Below, piece by piece: positions 18,862 through 28,058 of a DNA stretch of 55,321 nucleotides. The position numbers were made by a program, and so were the translations under genes. The first letter of the stretch is position 1. Each line of letters opens with the position of its first letter. The stretch comes from Lachnospiraceae bacterium UBA3386. Lineage in GTDB: Bacteria > Bacillota > Clostridia > Lachnospirales > Lachnospiraceae. A model generated the notes under the pieces. It saw only the letters and a list, made by a program, of their open reading frames with translations, was not told the origin of the DNA and ran no database searches. The stretch spans positions 2,486 to 57,806 of the forward strand of contig DEPS01000076.1 of NCBI GenBank assembly GCA_002358875.1. The letters run 5' to 3'.

Positions 18862-20339
18862 GATGAAATAAAGCGATAGAACAGGAGCGTAGCTTCCGTA
18901 AAGTTCGCGATCAGGATCGCGGTGAGGATGAGCGGGATCATCATCGCTGTCAGGGACGAGTCCGGATTCCTGTATAATTTATAAGAATTCCGGACGGTGT
19001 AGAGGATCAGGATAAGGAATGCCAGCATGGCAGGCACACCGATCGCAAGGGCAATCTCCAGAAACTGATTGTGAGTATTGAAGACGTATTTTCCCTTGCT
19101 GAGTTCGCTGATCGTTTCCACGACATAAACGGGCGTCACACCGGTCAAAAACCTCAGAGGATTGGCAGTGATCGCCCAAATGGCATAGACCCATAAAAAC
19201 ATCCGCCCGGACAGAATACTGTTCAGAATATGAAAACCTTTTCCATAACGGGGACTTTTCCCGGCTGTGTCTTTATCGGATTCAGCTGCGGCAAGGACAG
19301 CAGGGATCCGGTCCGACACGGTGTTCCGGAATCCGGATGAATGGACCGCAGTACCGGTCTGAAAGCGTGTGAGAGAAGCCGGAGCTTCCGTCCAAAAAGA
19401 AGAGCCTCCAGAACCTGTCAGATGGACCGTCGTCTGAATATCGGCTGCTCCGACAGTGTTCTCCGGTGTTGTATTATCTGTCTCAGTGCCGCTCCAGATG
19501 GCAGTGACGATAAAGCCTTCCAGAAGGAAGATAAGGAGGATCCCGGCCATGGCGACCACTGCTGATGTTATCCTCAGATCCAAAGAAAGATTATTGTTTC
19601 GTTTATAGTAAAACAGGAAACCGAAAACAGACACACAGGCTGCAGCAGTGTAAAAGGTCGTATCTGATTTCGAGAGGATCAGTGCTGCGGTATGAATAAG
19701 AGCAGCCAGAAGGCACAGCTTTTTCATCCGGACCGAATGATCTGCCGAAAACAGCAGAAAAGATAAAAAGATGACCAGCATCTGGATGAGCCCGGTGGTG
19801 TTGGGGTTTCCGCCAAGCGAGAGCCCGTCTTCACTGATCAGGATCATATTTCCGGAGGGCAGTCCGACAGGATGACGGAATAACATGAGTATCAGGACCA
19901 GCAGGATAAAGACGGTCCATACTGCCAGAAAAAGATGTGCGAAAAATTTTAACAGCGGCACTTTCTTTTTGCGCCCGAAATAATGACCCAGGGGATAAAA
20001 AAATATGAGCGAAACGAAGGTATCATATAGGAAGACACGGTTGAAGGTAAATACCGGTTTCTGCTTTATCTGAGTCATGACTGCACAGGAAATAAGATAT
20101 GCTATCATGATAAAGGCTGTAAGAAAATGCCCCGCTCTGAGATGAACAGAAGGACGCAGGACCAGCAGGAAAAGAGGTACGAGAATTATTGCGGCAAGCC
20201 CCAGGGCATAGTCCGTCGGACGGAGCCACTTGTTGTCGAAAAAATCGAAGGTAAGTGACAGGCCTGCGTGAAACAGGGCGGCGGCCAGTACCGGGATAAT
20301 ATAGATTCTGTTCAGTAACGCGCGGAAAGATTGGATCAT
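18741..20339 (-). CDS. O-antigen ligase family (Wzy_C) membrane protein
   Basis: 'NPN', 'SGRMFLW', 'THNQFLEI...GV' signature; multi-pass; SD AGGAG upstream. Confidence 0.8.
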   Translation of the reverse strand: MIQSFRALLNRIYIIPVLAAALFHAGLSLTFDFFDNKWLRPTDYALGLAAIILVPLFLLVLRPSVHLRAGHFLTAFIMIAYLISCAVMTQIKQKPVFTFNRVFLYDTFVSLIFFYPLGHYFGRKKKVPLLKFFAHLFLAVWTVFILLVLILMLFRHPVGLPSGNMILISEDGLSLGGNPNTTGLIQMLVIFLSFLLFSADHSVRMKKLCLLAALIHTAALILSKSDTTFYTAAACVSVFGFLFYYKRNNNLSLDLRITSAVVAMAGILLIFLLEGFIVTAIWSGTETDNTTPENTVGAADIQTTVHLTGSGGSSFWTEAPASLTRFQTGTAVHSSGFRNTVSDRIPAVLAAAESDKDTAGKSPRYGKGFHILNSILSGRMFLWVYAIWAITANPLRFLTGVTPVYVVETISELSKGKYVFNTHNQFLEIALAIGVPAMLAFLILILYTVRNSYKLYRNPDSSLTAMMIPLILTAILIANFTEATLLFYRFISSYVFFFLCGWVNERRFAVRTASLSRKSPASSMQQIIKQKS

Positions 20340-20429
20340 AGTTGATTCTCCTGTAAAGGAATAAGGATTATTGATGATCGATCACATACTGAATGTGACG
20401 ATTCAGCCGGGAGAAGCTGAATAGATACC

Positions 20430-20458
20430 ATTATATAGGGTTTGAAAAGCAGGTTCAA
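20430..20458 (-). promoter_or_regulatory. Sigma-A promoter for antisense ligase-like gene 1
   Basis: Minus strand TTGAAC-N17-TATAAT. Confidence 0.7.
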
Positions 20459-20578
20459 GAGAAACCGCCGCACGCTGGCTGCGGCACGTCCTTAAGAAGA
20501 GCGTGAACGGTTAAGGGGAGTGTGAACGTCAGCCTTGGAGCTCAAAAACATATGATGACTTGCCGGCAAGGAGGATGA

Positions 20579-21160
20579 ATGAAACGAAAAAGGATGCTGT
20601 GGACGATCGGGCTGTTTCTCAGGAAAGGGGCCCTGGCGAGGGGAAGATATCTGCGGAGCAGAAAAGTTTTTTCTCAGGTCGGGGAAAATGTGCGGTATCA
20701 GCCCAGGCTGGTTCCTCTTTATCCCGGGCTGATCCGCCTGCACAATAATATCATGGTCGCTGCCGGAGTCCGCTTTATTACCCATGACGCGGCCTTCAGG
20801 GTCCTGAACAATCTGGGGGAGGGGAAATTTCCCGAAATGGTGGGATGCATCGAGGTGATGGACAATGTGTTTATCGGCTATAATGTTACGATACTCCCGA
20901 ATGTGAGGATCGGGAGCAATGTCATTATCGGGGCCGGCTCCACCGTTGTCCGGGATCTGGAGCCGGACAGCGTGTATGCCGGGACGCCGGCAAAAAAGAT
21001 CGGTTCCTTTGCTGATTTTGTCAAGAACCGGAAACCGGATCCTGAAACAGGCGCCTTTTCATATGCTCATATAGCCAGAAATCTGAATATAACAGCAGAA
21101 GAGACAGAGTCTGCCTGGCGGTTTTTTGATGAAGCCCGGCGCGGCCGGGACCAGGGATGA
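20579..21160 (+). CDS. Hexapeptide-repeat (left-handed beta-helix) acyltransferase
   Basis: FITHD, DNVFIG...ILPNVRIGSNVIIGAGSTV, AGTPAK; SD AAGGAGG. Confidence 0.88.
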   Translation: MKRKRMLWTIGLFLRKGALARGRYLRSRKVFSQVGENVRYQPRLVPLYPGLIRLHNNIMVAAGVRFITHDAAFRVLNNLGEGKFPEMVGCIEVMDNVFIGYNVTILPNVRIGSNVIIGAGSTVVRDLEPDSVYAGTPAKKIGSFADFVKNRKPDPETGAFSYAHIARNLNITAEETESAWRFFDEARRGRDQG

Positions 21161-21167
21161 CGCACTG

Positions 21168-21284
21168 GCGTGCAGCAAGCGCTTCGTTGATCCCATCGCC
21201 GTTTTCTGCCTTCATCGAATGCTTTGCATTCGAGAAAACGCCTCGGGATGCCTTGTGCTTACGCGCTGTGGCATGGGGGATAAA
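21168..21284 (+). repeat. Palindromic repeat variant with different central hairpin
   Basis: Nested arms ATCCC/GGGAT, CGTTTTC/GAAAACG, TCGAATGC/GCATTCGA; 3' end GCTTACGCGCTGTGGCATGGGGGATAAA resembles 29302-29329. Confidence 0.7.
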
Positions 21285-21285
21285 T

Positions 21286-21314
21286 TTGACAAAATCACCA
21301 GATAGTAGTTTAAT
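21286..21314 (+). promoter_or_regulatory. Sigma-A promoter of block B
   Basis: TTGACA-N17-TTTAAT, ending 83 nt upstream of the aminotransferase start. Confidence 0.72.
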
Positions 21315-21397
21315 GGGATAACTGCATACGGCTTTATGAAGAATTTCTGAAAATACTGTTTTGTACTCAGGCCGCTACAGGCTCATGGAGGGATACC

Positions 21398-22705
21398 ATG
21401 GATTTGCTGAATGACCCCCGCTTTGCGGGTATCAAACCCTTTGAAAATAAAATATGGCTTGCTTCTCCGACCATGCACGGAGATGAGCAGAAGTGGGTGG
21501 ACCGCGCCCTTCAGGCCAACTGGGTGAGCACAGTCGGTGAAAATATTGATGAGATCGAGAGACAGTTGGCGGATTATATCGGCGTCAGATACGCGGTGGC
21601 TCTTTCTACAGGCACGTCATCGCTGCATCTGGCAACAAAGCTGGCGGGCGAAAAACTGTACGGGCAGGCCCGCCCTGACCAGGGGACACTAAAAGGCAGA
21701 AAGGTTTTCTGTTCCGACCTGACCTTTGACGCCAGTATCAATCCGGTTGCCTACGAGGACGGGGAGGCCGTTTTCATAGATACGGAATACGATACCTGGA
21801 ATATGAGCCCCAAGGCGCTGGAAAAGGCATTCGAAATTTATCCGGAGGTCAGGCTTGTCATCATTGCCCATCTCTACGGGACGCCCGGTAAAATAGACGA
21901 GATCAGGGAAATCTGCAGAAAACACGGGGCACTGATCGTGGAGGATGCGGCGGAATCCCTGGGTTCGAGATATCTGCTCGGGTCAGAGTGGGTGGAAACG
22001 GGAGCTCTCGGAAATTTCAACTGCATTTCGTTTAACGGTAACAAGATCATAACGGGGTCGACCGGAGGAATGTTCCTGACTGACTCCGAGGAGGACGCGG
22101 AGAAGATCCGCAAGTGGTCGACCCAGAGCCGTGAGAACGCTCTGTGGTACGAGCACGAGGAGATCGGTTATAACTACCGGATGAGCAATATCGTGGCTGG
22201 AGTTGTCCGCGGACAGATTCCCTATCTCGATGAGCATATCAGGCAGAAAAAGGCGATCTGGGAGAGATATGAAAAGGGTCTGGCCGACCTGCCCGTAAAA
22301 ATGAATCCCTGGGACAGGGAAAAGAGCCTCCCGAATTTCTGGCTCTCCTGCCTGATCATCGACGAGGACGCGATGGCGCCAATGGTAAGAGGTGAACGTG
22401 ATTATCTGTATGCGCATGAGAGCAAAAAGAGCTCCCCGCAGGAGATCCTTGACGCCCTGGTATTGATAAATGCGGAATCCCGTCCTATCTGGAAGCCCAT
22501 GCATATGCAGCCGATCTACCGGAACAATGCATTCATTACGACCGAAGGAAACGGCCGCGCCAGAAGCAATGCCTATATCGAGGGCGGATCCATTGATGTC
22601 GGAGCGGATATTTTCAGAAGAGGCCTGTGCCTTCCCAGTGACAACAAGATGACGCAGGAGGAGCAGGATACCGTTATCGAGATAATACACAGATGTTTTC
22701 TGTGA
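21398..22705 (+). CDS. DegT/DnrJ/EryC1/StrS PLP-dependent nucleotide-sugar aminotransferase (PglE/EpsN-like)
   Basis: STGTSSLHL, EDAAESLG, SFNGNKIIT (PLP lysine), GYNYRMSN, RPIWKPMH, GLCLPS. Confidence 0.93.
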   Translation: MDLLNDPRFAGIKPFENKIWLASPTMHGDEQKWVDRALQANWVSTVGENIDEIERQLADYIGVRYAVALSTGTSSLHLATKLAGEKLYGQARPDQGTLKGRKVFCSDLTFDASINPVAYEDGEAVFIDTEYDTWNMSPKALEKAFEIYPEVRLVIIAHLYGTPGKIDEIREICRKHGALIVEDAAESLGSRYLLGSEWVETGALGNFNCISFNGNKIITGSTGGMFLTDSEEDAEKIRKWSTQSRENALWYEHEEIGYNYRMSNIVAGVVRGQIPYLDEHIRQKKAIWERYEKGLADLPVKMNPWDREKSLPNFWLSCLIIDEDAMAPMVRGERDYLYAHESKKSSPQEILDALVLINAESRPIWKPMHMQPIYRNNAFITTEGNGRARSNAYIEGGSIDVGADIFRRGLCLPSDNKMTQEEQDTVIEIIHRCFL

Positions 22706-22717
22706 TAGGAGACAGAT

Positions 22718-23797
22718 ATGAAAACGATCCTGATTACAGGCGCCGGAGGTCTTACGCCCAGATCCATTGCCGGGATCATCAGGGAGAATCATCCGGATTA
22801 CAGAATCATTGGATGCGACATAGAGAAAAAAGCGGTCGGCTTCTTTATGAAAGGGCTTCTTGACGACTACTATGTCGCTCCGAGACACGATTCGGGAGAT
22901 TATTTTTCCTGGATAGAGAGGCTGGTCAGAGTGAAAAAGATTGACTATGCTTTCGTCCAGCCGGAAGCTGAGATCGTGGAATGGGGATATTATTTTGAAA
23001 AGCATGGAAGATATCCGTGTCCGGTCTTTATGGGAAGCAGGCTGCTGTCGGAATCCCTGCGCGATAAATCTATCATGGCGGAGCTTCTTGAGGGAACGGA
23101 TTATATCCCCAGGACCATCAAGGTGACCCAGGAGGAACCCAGATTTGAAGAGGTGGAAAAAGAGATCGGCTTCCCCTGCTGGATCCGGGCTACAGAGGGG
23201 ACCGGCGGACTGGGGTCTCTTCGTCTGGATGACCTTAGCAGCTATAAAAGCTGGCTTTTCATCAACTCCTTTATCCCCGAGTTTACTGTCAGCGAATTTC
23301 TGACAGGCAGGCATCTCGCCAACCAGATGCTCTACTACAACGGGGAGTACGTCAAGGGCGCTGCCCTTGAGTGCGTGGAATATGTCATGGCCAGCACAGC
23401 ACCTTCGCATGTCACAGGAAACACACATTTCGGCCGGTTTCTGAATGAAGACCGGATCAATGAATTCTGTGACAGCTGCATAAAGTACCTTGAAAAGAAG
23501 CTTGGCTGCCCCGCCCACGGGATCCTTTCCTTCGACCTGAAGGAGGATGCAGCGGGAAACCTCAAGGTGACCGAAGTCAATATCCGCCATATGGCATATA
23601 CGGGCGTCATGGCTCACGCAGGCTTCGACCTCATCGAGGACACGATCCGTATAATGGAGGATCAGAATGCGGACCGCGTGCAGAGGGCACCTTATTTCCA
23701 TTATGACAAGCCTTACATATTCCTTCGTGATGTCGATGTAGAGCCGATCCTTTTGGAGAATGAAGCTGTTTTTGATGATCCGTCACATATCCTGTGA
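22718..23797 (+). CDS. ATP-grasp domain protein
   Basis: N-terminal ILITGAGG pre-ATP-grasp, 'RDK', 'FPCWIR..EGTGGLG', 'SEFLTG', 'TEVNIR'. Confidence 0.78.
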   Translation: MKTILITGAGGLTPRSIAGIIRENHPDYRIIGCDIEKKAVGFFMKGLLDDYYVAPRHDSGDYFSWIERLVRVKKIDYAFVQPEAEIVEWGYYFEKHGRYPCPVFMGSRLLSESLRDKSIMAELLEGTDYIPRTIKVTQEEPRFEEVEKEIGFPCWIRATEGTGGLGSLRLDDLSSYKSWLFINSFIPEFTVSEFLTGRHLANQMLYYNGEYVKGAALECVEYVMASTAPSHVTGNTHFGRFLNEDRINEFCDSCIKYLEKKLGCPAHGILSFDLKEDAAGNLKVTEVNIRHMAYTGVMAHAGFDLIEDTIRIMEDQNADRVQRAPYFHYDKPYIFLRDVDVEPILLENEAVFDDPSHIL

Positions 23798-23885
23798 CAG
23801 AGCAGATATTTGAAAAAGTCCATTCGCAGACCGGGCAGGCCTTGTTTCGGAGCAAAAAGGGCGGAGAGAAAACCGCGGGTGAATT

Positions 23886-25634
23886 ATGAGACGTAAAGGA
23901 ATTTACAGAAACCAGATAAAGCGCCTGTTGGACATTATTTTGTCCATGGCGGCTCTGACAGGTCTGAGCCCTGTCCTCCTTCTCACGGCGCTTCTGGTCA
24001 GGTGTAAGCTGGGAAGCCCTGTGCTGTTTAAACAGGCCCGCCCCGGGTATCACGAAAAGATTTTCAACCTTTATAAGTTCCGGAGTATGACGAATGAGAC
24101 AGGGGAGGACGGGCGCCTTCTTCCCGACTCACAGAGGCTGACCAAATTCGGGAAATTTCTGCGCGCAAGCAGCCTTGACGAGCTGCCTGAGCTCTTTAAT
24201 ATCCTGAAGGGCGATATGAGCATCGTCGGGCCGCGTCCGCTATCAATCTATTATCTGCCGCATTATCCTGAAGAATTCCGAGGCAGGCATGACGTGCGTC
24301 CCGGCCTCACGGGTCTGGCCCAGGTGAACGGAAGAAACAATCTCCCCTGGGACGAACGCTTTGCCATGGATATGAAATATGTTGAGAATGTCACCGCCGG
24401 TATGGATCTGCGGATTATCCTCGACACGGCTTTAAAGGTGGTAAGGCGTGCGGATGTCTCCGTCAGGGGGACGGCAAAGGTCGGGGACTACGGTCCCTAC
24501 TGTATTCTGAAGGAAGAAACTCGCGGAGGGAAAAAAGTGGATGGGATGACCTATTCCGAGATCGGCAGTTATTTCTGGCTCGACAAAAGTGTAGAGCGGG
24601 GGCAGGAAGGTGAAGTTAAATGGCTGCCCCGGATGGAGGATGATTGTTTTACTTTTTCCGGCAGGAATGCAATCGACACAGCTCTGCGCGATCTGATGAA
24701 GGAACATAAGATCAAAAAGGTCTATGTCCCTTCTTATTGCTGCGTCTCCATGCTTCAGGCTTTTATAGACCACGACGTAAAGATCGAGTTTTATCAGACC
24801 TTATTTGAAGACGGGGAGTTTTCCTGGGTGCTCCCTGCCGCCGATGAGCATTCGGCGGTTTTGATCATGAGTTATTTCGGCCTGGGGACCGGAAAAGTAC
24901 ACGAAGCTGTGAGGAAGCTTCATGAGAAGGGCGCGGTCGTGATCGAGGATATCACCCATTCCCTTCTGCACGCAGAGCCCCTTTCCGAAGAAAGTGATTA
25001 TGCTGTGGCGAGCCTTCGAAAATGGTTCCCCTCTCCGGCCGGAGGATGGGTCGGGAAGCGAAAGGGAAAGATCCAGGAGAAGCCCTTTCTGGACAGCAAT
25101 CATGCTGTGGAGGAAAAAGTCTCTGCCATGCATCAGAAATATGCTTATCTGATGGGGGAGATCACATCCAAAGAAGAGTTCCTGAGCGCCCAGGCAAAAT
25201 TCGACAACGATCTCATCCATGTCGACCGGATGCTGAAAATGGATGACACTTCGCTTGGCGTCATTGAGGGCGTGGAGATCGAAGAGGTCATAAGGAAAAG
25301 GAGAGAGAACGCTGAAGTTTTGATAAACGGCCTGCAGGATCTGCAGGGAGAGGTCCTGGAAATACCGCGGACCGATCTGTCCAAAGATACCCCCCTCTTT
25401 CTGCCGGTTTTTCTTGATACAAAGAAGCGGGACGATCTGAGGCGGGTCCTGATCGGACGGGGAATCTACTGCCCTGTTCACTGGCCTGAGGTCATGGGAG
25501 CCCCGGCAGGGATCCGGGAAAAGGAACTGTCCCTGATCTGCGACCAGCGCTACGGGAAGGGAGATATGCAGGCGATAGTGGATGCAGTTCATGACTGGCA
25601 TAAGGGTTCTGAGGAGAGGCGGCAGACAATATGA
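23886..25634 (+). CDS. Fusion: PglC-like phosphoglycosyltransferase + DegT-like PLP-fold domain
   Basis: aa 1-200: KRLLD, KFRSM, SLDELPE, VGPRP, RPGLTGLAQ; aa ~220-582: EIGS, SGRNA, PSYCC, IEDITHS, SLRKW, PVHW. Confidence 0.85.
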   Translation: MRRKGIYRNQIKRLLDIILSMAALTGLSPVLLLTALLVRCKLGSPVLFKQARPGYHEKIFNLYKFRSMTNETGEDGRLLPDSQRLTKFGKFLRASSLDELPELFNILKGDMSIVGPRPLSIYYLPHYPEEFRGRHDVRPGLTGLAQVNGRNNLPWDERFAMDMKYVENVTAGMDLRIILDTALKVVRRADVSVRGTAKVGDYGPYCILKEETRGGKKVDGMTYSEIGSYFWLDKSVERGQEGEVKWLPRMEDDCFTFSGRNAIDTALRDLMKEHKIKKVYVPSYCCVSMLQAFIDHDVKIEFYQTLFEDGEFSWVLPAADEHSAVLIMSYFGLGTGKVHEAVRKLHEKGAVVIEDITHSLLHAEPLSEESDYAVASLRKWFPSPAGGWVGKRKGKIQEKPFLDSNHAVEEKVSAMHQKYAYLMGEITSKEEFLSAQAKFDNDLIHVDRMLKMDDTSLGVIEGVEIEEVIRKRRENAEVLINGLQDLQGEVLEIPRTDLSKDTPLFLPVFLDTKKRDDLRRVLIGRGIYCPVHWPEVMGAPAGIREKELSLICDQRYGKGDMQAIVDAVHDWHKGSEERRQTI

Positions 25635-26938
25635 ATAATGAACTAAAGGGCAAAAGACTTCTGATCCTGGGAGGATCCAGAATATCCTGTGAGATCATCA
25701 GGCACGCTCGAAACATGGGGATCGTCACAGGCGTTACAGACTGGTATCCTCTGGAGAAAAGCCCTGCGAAGCAGCTCGCGGATGAGGCATATTTTGTCAA
25801 CACTACAGATATGGAAGCGATGGAAAAACTCATCCGTGAGAAACATTTTGACGGGGTGTTTACCGGCTTTACGGACTCTGTGCTTCCCTATTACGCCCAG
25901 ATATGCGAACGGACTGGCCTGCCCGCATACGGCACAAAGGAGCAGTTCGAACTGTTTATTGATAAAAACAAGTACAAAGCGCTTATGCGTTCTTTTGACG
26001 TTCCCGCCATTCCTGCTTATCAGATCGACGCCGACAGAATTCGGGAGAGCGCCTGCGGTATCTCATATCCTGTGATCGTAAAGCCTGCGGACAGCAGCGG
26101 ATCCAGAGGAATCACGGTCTGCCGGAATGTGGAGGAACTGGAAAAGGCGGTGGCCTTCGCGTCAGAATCATCCCGGTCCAGGGAAGTGCTTGTCGAAAAG
26201 TATATCGATAAAGCGGAAGTAACGGTCTTCTGGCTGTTCGTCGACGGAAAATACTATATGAACCTGCTTGGAAACCGCCATATTAAACACAACCAGGAAG
26301 GAGAGCTTCCTCTGCCGGCAGGCTACACCTATCCCGCAGCCGTACAGCCGGCTTTTCTGGAGTCGACAGCTCCGAAGATGGAGGCCATGTTCCGGTCCAT
26401 CGGGATCAAAAACGGCATGATGTTCATGCAGTGCAAGGTGGAGAACGGCCAGTGTCTTGTATATGATATCGGCTACCGTCTCACCGGCACCCTGGAATAT
26501 ATCAACCTGAAGGCCGTCTGCGGCTATGATCCTCTGGACATGATGATCCATTTTGCCCTGACGGGAGATATGGGAGAACCCCTGATCGAACAAAAGGCCG
26601 ATCCCTATCTGGGAGGCCGGTATTCATATAATGTTTCGCTTCTGTGCAGGCCGGGAAAGGTCGAAAAGATCACCGGGCTGGATGAGATCAGAAAGCTTCC
26701 GGGGGTAATAGACATTGTTCTTGCACATCCGCCCGGAGATGTGATCACAGAAGCGATGAAGGGACGCCTTGCCCAGATCACGGTGCGTATTCTGGGCTGC
26801 GCAGACAGCGTGGACCAGATGGAGAAGGAGATCCTGGAAATACAGCGTCTTGCCCATGTTATTTCCGATACCGGGGAGGAAATGATCCTTCCGGGTATGG
26901 AAAGATCCGATTTCGAGGGAACGATATTTGTACCCTGA
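25631..26938 (+). CDS. ATP-grasp domain protein
   Basis: LLILGG, 'DK', YPVIVKPADSSGSRGI, VEKYI, DIGYR. Confidence 0.85.
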   Translation: MNNELKGKRLLILGGSRISCEIIRHARNMGIVTGVTDWYPLEKSPAKQLADEAYFVNTTDMEAMEKLIREKHFDGVFTGFTDSVLPYYAQICERTGLPAYGTKEQFELFIDKNKYKALMRSFDVPAIPAYQIDADRIRESACGISYPVIVKPADSSGSRGITVCRNVEELEKAVAFASESSRSREVLVEKYIDKAEVTVFWLFVDGKYYMNLLGNRHIKHNQEGELPLPAGYTYPAAVQPAFLESTAPKMEAMFRSIGIKNGMMFMQCKVENGQCLVYDIGYRLTGTLEYINLKAVCGYDPLDMMIHFALTGDMGEPLIEQKADPYLGGRYSYNVSLLCRPGKVEKITGLDEIRKLPGVIDIVLAHPPGDVITEAMKGRLAQITVRILGCADSVDQMEKEILEIQRLAHVISDTGEEMILPGMERSDFEGTIFVP

Positions 26939-27056
26939 GATATAAAAACAGCTATTGCGCCGCCTGCCGCAGCCCCTTATCCCGGCGTACGGCCTGGAAT
27001 AAAACAAAAAGGGGAGGGTCCGTTTTACCCGGTAGGAGAAAGGCCAGGGAGAGAAC

Positions 27057-27980
27057 ATGAGCAGTGAGGTAAAAGCAGTTGTGACCGGCGCATCCGGATT
27101 TCTGGGGAAAAACCTTGTGGAAGCCATGAGGAATGACGGACGCTTCAGGGTCTTTGCCCTGTCCTCCCGTCCGGAGGAACTTCGGGACAAAATGGCGGCG
27201 CCAAATATTTCCTTCCATTCCAGAACAGCTGTTTTGGAAGAAGCCGGAAAGGACATTCTTGAGGGGAGCGTGATCATCAACTGCGCTTATCCGAGAAATT
27301 CCAAAGGTACATCTGTTGCTGACGGCCTGAAGTATCTGCAGTCTCTTTTTGCAGCTGCGGCTGAAAACGGCTGCAGTGCTGTGATCAATATATCATCCCA
27401 GAGTGTTTACCCGCCTGAAAGGACTGAGCCGGCGACCGAGAAAACCCGCCTGTCCCTGGATTCACCCTATGCAGTCGGAAAATATGCCGTCGAGCTGATG
27501 TTGGAGAGCATCTGCGCAGGCACACAGACTCTTTATTCAAATATTCGTATGGCAAGCCTCATAGGCCCCGGTTTTGACCAGCGCATTGTGAACCGTTTTG
27601 TTAAGATGGCGCTGGAAAAGGGGGAGCTGACAGTTAACAGAAACAGGCAGAGGTTTGGTTTTTTTGATGTGAGCGACGCCGTCAGGGCACTCCTTCTCAT
27701 GCTGGAAACAGAGCCCGGCAGATGGGAAAAGGTGTACAATCTGGGAGGAACGACAGGATATTCTCTTATGGAGATCGCGGACACGGTGAGAGATGTCATT
27801 CTGGAAACGGATCAGAAAAACATCCGTATTTCTGTCACTGGTTCCGATCCTGCTGAAAGCGGGGGAGAAGAAAGAACCTCGACCATGATAAATGAAGCGT
27901 TTGCCCGCGACTTTGGTTTTTCGCCTTCTACAGATCTGCGGGAGAGCATCCGCAGGATCCGCGCCCTGCAAAATACCTGA
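27057..27980 (+). CDS. NAD-dependent epimerase/dehydratase (extended SDR)
   Basis: VTGASGFLG, ISSQSVY, YAVGK (YxxxK), YNLG. Confidence 0.88.
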   Translation: MSSEVKAVVTGASGFLGKNLVEAMRNDGRFRVFALSSRPEELRDKMAAPNISFHSRTAVLEEAGKDILEGSVIINCAYPRNSKGTSVADGLKYLQSLFAAAAENGCSAVINISSQSVYPPERTEPATEKTRLSLDSPYAVGKYAVELMLESICAGTQTLYSNIRMASLIGPGFDQRIVNRFVKMALEKGELTVNRNRQRFGFFDVSDAVRALLLMLETEPGRWEKVYNLGGTTGYSLMEIADTVRDVILETDQKNIRISVTGSDPAESGGEERTSTMINEAFARDFGFSPSTDLRESIRRIRALQNT

Positions 27981-28058
27981 CTGCAGGGCCGGGTGCTTTT
28001 ATCGCCTGCAGCCTTATATCCCATGTCGAAAATATGATCCTGAAAGGAGAGACCGATC

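Noticed and set aside
21983..23701. 572-aa minus-strand ORF, and similar long antisense ORFs at 3027-4097, 16579-17670, 29256-30332 and 33692-34894
   Set aside because: They shadow well-supported sense genes, show no recognisable motifs, and are expected in GC-rich coding DNA
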